Shown: in pieces, positions 45,005 to 51,484 of the stretch
How the letters are laid out: each line of letters starts with the position of its first letter
Position numbering within the stretch: the first letter of the stretch is position 1
DNA from: a virus
Taxonomy: Duplodnaviria > Caudoviricetes
Virus record (IMG/VR): IMGVR_UViG_3300047409_000125
Location: 1-51,484 of that record
Strand: one strand, 5' to 3'
DNA length: 51,484 nt
Position numbers and translations under genes: made by a program
Notes under the pieces: generated by a model
The model's input: the letters and a program-made list of their open reading frames with translations, nothing else
Told to the model about the DNA's origin: nothing
Database searches by the model: none

Positions 45005-47050
45005 ATGGATTTTGAAAGCCCCGAGCTAAAGCTGAAGCTAGAGGCACCGGAAGATATCGGTAACCTCGCGGAAAAACTTGACGACAGTGAATGCCGCAAA
45101 CTTGCCGACCACGTTATCGAACTCGTAAAGATCGATGAACGGTCCATGTCGGAGTGGCTTGGCAAAGCCAATGGCTACCTTGACGAAATTGACAAGGACG
45201 GCAATGAGACCATGCCGGGCATGGGGGAGCAAGCTGGCAGCGGAGAGGATCAAAGCCAGCCCTCTACATCGCTAACGCTATCGTCAGTCATTCAGGCTAC
45301 CGCACGTATCGTAGGTGCTTTACTTTCAGAACCGGATTTGGTGAAGGCATCAGAACCCGGTGGCGAACCCTTGGCCAACTGGATTTGCTCGCAGCTTCGC
45401 ACCATAGACCCGGACTGGGTGACCGACACAGACCCGCTTATCATGCATATGTGCGTGACCGGTCTGGGATGGCGCAAACGCTGGTTTGATGAACACGAAG
45501 GCGAGTTTCGCAGTTCGTTCCTCAACATCAACGAAGTCATTATAAACAGCACTGCAAAGACGCTTGATCGCGTGCCGCGCATCACCCACAAGATTATAAA
45601 GTACCCCTACGAAATCAAACGTTCGATCCAGATGAAACACTGGGTTGATTACGAACCGAACTTCGATGACATCGATCCGCAAGAACCGCAGGAATTTTAC
45701 GAAGTCGATATGTGGCTCGATATGGACGGTGACGATTACGACGAACCATACACGGTCACGGTAAATCTTGAAGACGTTCCTTGCGTAGTCAAGTGCATTC
45801 CACGGTGGACCAAGAAGACGCTCGTCAAGGACAAGGACTATCTGGTGTTCCGGCCAGTGCGCCGCTACTACGCCTACAAGATGATACCGGATACCAAAGG
45901 ATCGTTCTTCCCCCGTGGCTTCGGCTGGCTCTTGAGCAAGACAGAACATTCAGCCGACCGCTTGCTGGCTTCCATCGATGACACCGCAAAGCTTTCGTCC
46001 GAGAACGGTGGTGTTGCGTCAACTGGCGGCATTGGTCTGCCTGAGAAGATCGAGCTAAGAGGCAACCGTTTAACGTCCATCAATACGGACGGTCGCCCCA
46101 TCAGTGAAGTGGTGTCGTTCTTCCCTACCAAGCAAGTTACGCCGGGAATGTTTCAGTCGCTCGACAAGATGATGACCTTGGGCGACCGTTTGGCTGGCAC
46201 CCTGAACTTGCTGGAAAACGCCCCGGCTTCGATGACCGCTACTCTGGCGAAAGGCATCATCGACAACGGCGCACAACAGCACAGCGCGGTTCATCGTCGT
46301 ATCATTGGCAGCATGACGGAAGAGGTTCGTGCGTTCGCCCGCATGGCAAATGCTTTAGGCGTTCTGCCGGAAAATATCGACGCTCATAATGCTGTTGAAA
46401 TCACTGCCGATCCGAACATGGCAACCGAACTGCATCGTGGTGCAACCGCACAAGCCTATCATGACATGCTTCAAATGCCGATGGTGTTCAACCCGCATGA
46501 AGTTGGACTGCGTTTCTGTCAGATCATGCGCTTCCCCGACCCGAAGAAACTGATTGCACCGCCGCCGCCACAGCCTGAAGCAACGCCGCTGGAACATGCG
46601 GGAATGATGCTGGACATGGAGAAAGAAAAAACCAACCGCCTCAAGGCAAACGCACAAGCAGCAATGCAATTCGCGCAAGCCATCAAGGCGCTGTCGGAAG
46701 CCGCACAGGTGCCGGGAAATATCGCCTTGATGAACGTGCAAATCGCGCAGCTTGAAAAAACAATGGAAGCGATAAACAATGACGCAAGCAGTAATGTCGG
46801 CACAGCAAACGCGGGAATGGGTGGACCACCCGTGCAGCCGCCACCTCAAGCAGCTGGTCCAGCTGCGCCGGGACCGGCTGGTGGGGGAACTCCTTTCGGG
46901 AGTGCCAGCCAACCCAATCCGGCAGGGCCAAGCGGTGGCCCTCCAATGGGTACTCCAGTTGTTGGACCTCCCTCCGGAGCAACTAATGGAGCAATTCAGC
47001 CGCCCGGACCAGTAGAACCGCCAGCACCACCAACAGGATTTATTCAATAG
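45005..47050 (+). CDS. Portal protein
   Basis: 681 aa; NLAEKLD, GLGWRKRWFD, DMDGDDYDEPYTVT, GFGWLL; followed by GroES-like and scaffold genes. Confidence 0.85.
   Translation: MDFESPELKLKLEAPEDIGNLAEKLDDSECRKLADHVIELVKIDERSMSEWLGKANGYLDEIDKDGNETMPGMGEQAGSGEDQSQPSTSLTLSSVIQATARIVGALLSEPDLVKASEPGGEPLANWICSQLRTIDPDWVTDTDPLIMHMCVTGLGWRKRWFDEHEGEFRSSFLNINEVIINSTAKTLDRVPRITHKIIKYPYEIKRSIQMKHWVDYEPNFDDIDPQEPQEFYEVDMWLDMDGDDYDEPYTVTVNLEDVPCVVKCIPRWTKKTLVKDKDYLVFRPVRRYYAYKMIPDTKGSFFPRGFGWLLSKTEHSADRLLASIDDTAKLSSENGGVASTGGIGLPEKIELRGNRLTSINTDGRPISEVVSFFPTKQVTPGMFQSLDKMMTLGDRLAGTLNLLENAPASMTATLAKGIIDNGAQQHSAVHRRIIGSMTEEVRAFARMANALGVLPENIDAHNAVEITADPNMATELHRGATAQAYHDMLQMPMVFNPHEVGLRFCQIMRFPDPKKLIAPPPPQPEATPLEHAGMMLDMEKEKTNRLKANAQAAMQFAQAIKALSEAAQVPGNIALMNVQIAQLEKTMEAINNDASSNVGTANAGMGGPPVQPPPQAAGPAAPGPAGGGTPFGSASQPNPAGPSGGPPMGTPVVGPPSGATNGAIQPPGPVEPPAPPTGFIQ
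46779..47015 (+). CDS. 78-aa protein nested in the portal 3' end (alternative frame)
   Basis: REWVDHPCSRHL...QGQAVAL; GGAAG upstream. Confidence 0.55.
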   Translation: MTQAVMSAQQTREWVDHPCSRHLKQLVQLRRDRLVGELLSGVPANPIRQGQAVALQWVLQLLDLPPEQLMEQFSRPDQ

Positions 47051-47059
47051 GAGAGTAGC

Positions 47060-47554
47060 TTGAGCTTGTATGGCTTCGAAATTCCCCACGAAGAAGGCGA
47101 ACCATGCCGCGATTACATCGCCATTCAAATTCCATACCCACCAAGCAAGGTACGCGGCCTTTGGATACCCGATGTCGCTCGCGATCTTAACCAGCACAGC
47201 GTACAGACCGGCATCATCCGTCAGATGGGACCGCTGGCCTTCCTGCAAAAAGATGGCAACGGCCTGAACAAGCAGCGCGCCGAAGTTGGTGACTGGGTGC
47301 TGATCCGTTGGGGTGCGGGCACCATATTCACGGCAGGCAGAGGCATGTTGAATGCTGTCGGCGGATGGCGCTATATCTCCACCTTCAATGACGTGATTAA
47401 AATCTTCCCGGCCAGAGTGATGCCCGACCCGGCCACGCTGGAGTGGACCGACGAAGGTGTCGTAGATGGCCCGCTACCAGCGCAAGCCGAACTTCCTCTC
47501 GATCCTAATGCTGGCATTCGCGAACGTGTAATCTACGGAGCTAACCATGGCTAA
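47060..47554 (+). CDS. GroES/Cpn10-like protein
   Basis: P..DYIAI...GLWIPD...GIIRQMGPLAF...VGDWVLI; AGGAG RBS, TTG start. Confidence 0.7.
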   Translation: MSLYGFEIPHEEGEPCRDYIAIQIPYPPSKVRGLWIPDVARDLNQHSVQTGIIRQMGPLAFLQKDGNGLNKQRAEVGDWVLIRWGAGTIFTAGRGMLNAVGGWRYISTFNDVIKIFPARVMPDPATLEWTDEGVVDGPLPAQAELPLDPNAGIRERVIYGANHG

Positions 47555-48167
47555 CGATCTTGAACAGATGCTGAAGAACCAGCTTCAGAACAACATCGTC
47601 TATCGTCTCGACAGTGCTACGCAGGCTGGTGATATCCAAGCGGCCAGAAAGGCCGCTCTGGAGCTATCCGAATTTCAGGCCAAGAACAGACCAGCTGATG
47701 TGCCGTCTTTCACCAATGCCGACATCCGCACGGCCATCAAGGCCAAGGCACCATGGTTCGGTGTCGATCCGCGCCGCAGTGCCAAGGTGGTCGAGTTCGG
47801 CAAGAACATGGAACCGGCCAGCTTCAAGAGCGCAGAAGAATTTGCAGACAAGGTGATAGAAGCAATCGAGGAAGAATACGAAGAAGGCGACGAAGAGGAA
47901 GATGACGGGCCGGAAGAAAAAGAAGTAAAGAAACCGGAACGCAAAAAGACCGACGCGCCATCTTCCAGCGGTGCCCGTGCGATCCCTCGCCGTTCAGCTG
48001 GACCGTGGTCGAAACTGTCCGATGCGCCGAAGGAAATTGCCGACACCATCAAGGCGTCAGCCGACAAGTTTACCCGCAACGCCACCAAGGAACAGCGCGA
48101 CAAGTATATCTCGACCGCGCTTGGTACCGCGTACAATGCAGACTTGAGGGCCAAAGGGAGGAAGTGA
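47547..48167 (+). CDS. Putative scaffolding protein
   Basis: Helical/acidic, PWFGVD, C-terminal LS.AP.E helix. Confidence 0.55.
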   Translation: MANDLEQMLKNQLQNNIVYRLDSATQAGDIQAARKAALELSEFQAKNRPADVPSFTNADIRTAIKAKAPWFGVDPRRSAKVVEFGKNMEPASFKSAEEFADKVIEAIEEEYEEGDEEEDDGPEEKEVKKPERKKTDAPSSSGARAIPRRSAGPWSKLSDAPKEIADTIKASADKFTRNATKEQRDKYISTALGTAYNADLRAKGRK

Positions 48168-48379
48168 TGATTGGCACGCTTATAGGAATTATTGTCACTC
48201 TCATAATCGTTGGTGTTGTCTGGTGGGCTATCCAGCAGCTGCTTCCGCTTATCCCGATAGCTGAACCATTCGGGACAATCATCCGCGTGCTTATGACCGT
48301 GGTACTGATCCTGATTGTCCTGTGGGTGATCCTGTCATTGCTTGGCTACGCTGGTGTACACACTCCCTTTCGTTTCTAA
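48167..48379 (+). CDS. Small two-TM membrane protein (Thivi_2564-like)
   Basis: MIGTLIGIIVTLIIVGVVWWAI...IPIAEPF...LWVILSLLG; GGAGG RBS. Confidence 0.7.
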   Translation: MIGTLIGIIVTLIIVGVVWWAIQQLLPLIPIAEPFGTIIRVLMTVVLILIVLWVILSLLGYAGVHTPFRF

Positions 48380-48441
48380 CGACGAACCACCGCTGCCACC
48401 GGCAGAACCTTTTCATCCTAACGTATGCAGGAATTGCTGAC

Positions 48442-49008
48442 ATGCCCGTTACACCTCCATTTTCACCATTCGTCCCGACAGGCGGCCTGTCTGAAAACCT
48501 GATCCCGAACCCACCAGCTGACATACCCGAAGCGCCTGAAGTCAACGACGCCACAGCATTCATGGCAAAGACGCCTGAAGCGCAAGAGGTTGATGACATT
48601 ATCGCTGGCCTGACTTTGAACCGTGAACTTCCACTCTACATTCCGGAGCGGGAAAAACACATGGAGAAGTCGTTTCATATCATCAACGACACACCACAGG
48701 AACTGGCGGCGGCGATGCGCCAGCACTGGAGACCGGAAACTGATCCACATATACTGGCGCTGTTCGAAGGCAAGGTTTCCGGCGTGGACAAGACCGGCAA
48801 GATCATGAAGCCAATGCTGATGCAACGTGATATCCGCATCACGCAGGCTTACGACAAGCTGAAGCGTCAGCAGTTGCATGACATGTACAAAGGCATGGAC
48901 CCGCGTAACCGCAGCTTCAACAGCAAGTATGCCGACACCGAAGCTGTCATCAACTCAGGCACAACCAAGGGCCAGTTCTCAGGGGCCGGATGGAGGATCA
49001 AGGTATGA
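48442..49008 (+). CDS. Hypothetical head-module protein
   Basis: 188 aa, AGGA RBS. Confidence 0.65.
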   Translation: MPVTPPFSPFVPTGGLSENLIPNPPADIPEAPEVNDATAFMAKTPEAQEVDDIIAGLTLNRELPLYIPEREKHMEKSFHIINDTPQELAAAMRQHWRPETDPHILALFEGKVSGVDKTGKIMKPMLMQRDIRITQAYDKLKRQQLHDMYKGMDPRNRSFNSKYADTEAVINSGTTKGQFSGAGWRIKV

Positions 49009-49184
49009 AAAAACCAACACCAAAGAAAGCAGCAAAGCCTAAAGGTCCAACAGCCGACGATCACCGCAAGCTTGCGGACATGCATCGTGCCAAGAGCCGA
49101 CTGCACGAAGCCAAGGCTGACATGCTGGATGTAGACGATCCGCCAAAGACCAAAGGCAGCAAGTTCAACATCAGACCTTACTAG
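49005..49184 (+). CDS. Small basic protein
   Basis: GGAGG RBS; converges with and overlaps the terL stop. Confidence 0.55.
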   Translation: MKKPTPKKAAKPKGPTADDHRKLADMHRAKSRLHEAKADMLDVDDPPKTKGSKFNIRPY

Positions 49185-50724
49185 GCTGCAAGGCGTAATC
49201 GTTGATACCGAAGCTGTTAACGATAGCATCCAGCCGGTCAGGCGAGTGACCGATTTCCATTCTGATCTTTTCCTTCGGTGTCATGAACAGCCGTGCGAGT
49301 TCGTCACGGCGACATCCACCCGTGCCCCATTTGTAGCTGGCACATTCCTCTTGCAGTATCTTGTCGTTGGGCATCCGTACCTGACCCTGCAACCACATCT
49401 GGAATTTAAAGTGTAGCTCCGCACGCTTATTGCCGAACTGCACGGCGTTGTTGGCACCGCTGCCAAAATTGACCGCCACTACGCGGTCAGCCTTGTCGCG
49501 CATTCTCAACCGGCACGCATCCACCAGTCCCTTACCAAGACCGCCACTATCCACAAGAATAACGTCCATGCCAAAGCGGCGATAAGCAGAAACAAGCCAA
49601 TCAGCTTGGACATTCTGGTCCTTCGACTTGATGGCTCCCCAAATCCTTTTTCCGATGACGCATCCCTGACGGTCACAAACCCATGGGTCATCGCTGCCAT
49701 CTCCAGCCGGATCGACACTGATAATCTTGATCGTACCGATTGTAGGCTCGACCACCGAAGTCATAGCCTGCTGCACCAGTGACGCTGCAAAGAAATCCAG
49801 CGTGCTATCGGTCATGAAGCATTCAGCGTAGGTGGCTGGAAACTCTTGCTTCGTCAGCCGATGGATTGCATCAGGCGTGCCACCGTTCATCACTGCGAGT
49901 GTATAGTTCTCGCGATAGAACCAGTATATCTGTTGAGGCGACAGGCTGTGTAACTTGCCGTATTCTGCGAACTCTCTGGGTGCTTCCCATCCAATTGGCG
50001 GTTCATGCACGTATTCCGGCATGATGTGCCACGCCAGAAAATGCAGCCGCCAAAGTCCACGGTTCTTGTCGCGATGCGCCTGTTCACACATATCGAAGAA
50101 CATGCCGCTCGCACCGTTGCCGGTGCTTTCCATGATCACTTCGGTGCCGGGGATATCCAGCACGGTCTTCATCAGGCCGGATGACAAGTCTTCGCTGTTA
50201 TCGAAGAACGCCGCTTCCGACATATGCAGGAGATGCGTGTCATCTGACCGCCCGATATCTCCACCTTCTGCGCTCGACACTTTGTAGGTCGATTGCAGCT
50301 TGTCGAAGATCAGTTCGCGAGCGTTCGACGCGCCTAGAGAGGGCCGGATGTAATCCGGCAGTCCAACGTAGAACTCTTTGACTTCCCGGTGGATGTTGGT
50401 GGCGCTGTCGTTTCGATGAGCCACCACATGGGCGCGAACACCGCGTTGTGTTGCAGTGCGGTGGAAGAACCGCCCGGATATGTAGGTGGAGACACCCATT
50501 CGCCGGGCTTTGGGGACCAACGACCGGAGGTTTCCGTGCTGCTTTAGTTCCTCGTTTAAACGCTTGTTCAGGACCGTCTGGGCAGCGTTGATGCGAAATA
50601 ACGTCCTAGCGCCACCTTCCCTTGGGCGGATAAAAAGGTGATTTTCACGGTACCATTCAAAGTCCTTCAAGCGGCTCACAGCCTTTGCGTGCTTGTCGTC
50701 AGGTAGCGCCCAAGGGTAGTTCAT
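49171..50724 (-). CDS. terL: Terminase large subunit
   Basis: KARRMGVST, LHMSEAAF, ESTGNG, VDPAGDGSD, SPDRLDA. Confidence 0.92.
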   Translation of the reverse strand: MNYPWALPDDKHAKAVSRLKDFEWYRENHLFIRPREGGARTLFRINAAQTVLNKRLNEELKQHGNLRSLVPKARRMGVSTYISGRFFHRTATQRGVRAHVVAHRNDSATNIHREVKEFYVGLPDYIRPSLGASNARELIFDKLQSTYKVSSAEGGDIGRSDDTHLLHMSEAAFFDNSEDLSSGLMKTVLDIPGTEVIMESTGNGASGMFFDMCEQAHRDKNRGLWRLHFLAWHIMPEYVHEPPIGWEAPREFAEYGKLHSLSPQQIYWFYRENYTLAVMNGGTPDAIHRLTKQEFPATYAECFMTDSTLDFFAASLVQQAMTSVVEPTIGTIKIISVDPAGDGSDDPWVCDRQGCVIGKRIWGAIKSKDQNVQADWLVSAYRRFGMDVILVDSGGLGKGLVDACRLRMRDKADRVVAVNFGSGANNAVQFGNKRAELHFKFQMWLQGQVRMPNDKILQEECASYKWGTGGCRRDELARLFMTPKEKIRMEIGHSPDRLDAIVNSFGINDYALQPSKV

Positions 50725-51357
50725 ACCGGTATGCTGTAGAGGCTCTGCATGGCTATAGCCGCCGTAGCAGGGAAACCAGCAGCTACTGCTGCCGCAGCTA
50801 CCGGCCCGTTGGTGGCAGCAATGTTGGCTAGGCTGGACCCCGGCGTGAAACCGGTGATCCCCGTGCCTAGCGTGCCCCGTGACAAGCCTAAACTCTCCAG
50901 CGCCTGCTGCTGCGATTGTGCGAACTGTTGTGGCGTGACCGGCGAAGGCAGCACCCCAAGGGGTGCTGGTGCCACTTGGTTCTGCGCGTTCATTGATGCA
51001 GGGGGTGCTGCAACAGCAGCCATCTGCCCAAACGCATTAACCGTAGGACCAATCAACCCGGTCGTATTGCTGAAGCTTGTAGGTGGAGTTGCTGCTTGCC
51101 CAAAAGGACCGGTAGGAGGACCAACCACCCCGCTAGGCGGCGTGTCCAGAGAAGTAGGAGGACCGACAATACCAGCGTTGGGCAGATTAGCAGCGTCCGG
51201 TCGCGACACCGGCATTGGCACCTGTACCTGCGGCGACAGCATTACCGGGGGAGGTAGTGTTTCTTCAGTGATAGGTGCTGGCCTTCCTAATGGTGGCGAG
51301 TATGCCGGGTTGTCAGGATCGACCGGCGTTGTCGGCGGCGCGGGATTGTCGGGATCG
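50721..51357 (-). CDS. 3' part of the join-spanning ~652-aa protein
   Basis: In frame with ATG 1322; ATGA-coupled to terL. Confidence 0.8.
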
Positions 51358-51484
51358 ACGCCAAGACCGGTGAAGCCCGGCGTACCGGGAACACCTACGG
51401 TGCCGGGAGGGCTTGGACTGAAACCGGTAGCAGTCATGCCGGGAGGTGCAACACCAACAACGCCGGGAGGGCTTGGACTGAAAC
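51358..51484. repeat. Terminal overlap copy of 1-127
   Basis: Exact identity. Confidence 0.95.

Overview
The window is a complete, circularly assembled tailed-phage genome of about 51,357 bp; bases 1-127 are repeated exactly at 51358-51484. It looks podovirus-like: portal, GroES-like protein, scaffold, major capsid, P22-like gp4/gp10/gp26-type tail hub and needle, ejection proteins and several fibre proteins, with no tape measure or sheath. The host is probably an alphaproteobacterium, since it carries GcrA and a PEPxxWA-CTERM protein. The replication module has a PrimPol/RepA helicase, an SF2 helicase, a Cas4-like nuclease, an SSB and a family-A DNA polymerase. I recognised no integrase, RNA polymerase, tRNA or CRISPR array. 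Structural genes are split into several divergent or convergent blocks. The most striking non-genic signals are: (1) five copies of a covarying structured element (long GAAA-capped hairpin, usually a GGGA-AUGG-UCCC hairpin, usually an RBS) between small early genes at 22.2-25.3 kb; (2) two related GTATAC-heptad clusters bracketing 20.0-26.8 kb; (3) a phased array of AAAAAGCATGCTTTTT palindromes just before the primase; (4) a TTTGTATACACT box at the head of three structural operons; (5) a 78-aa gene nested in the 3' end of the portal gene. All family assignments are from motif recognition by eye, not database searches.
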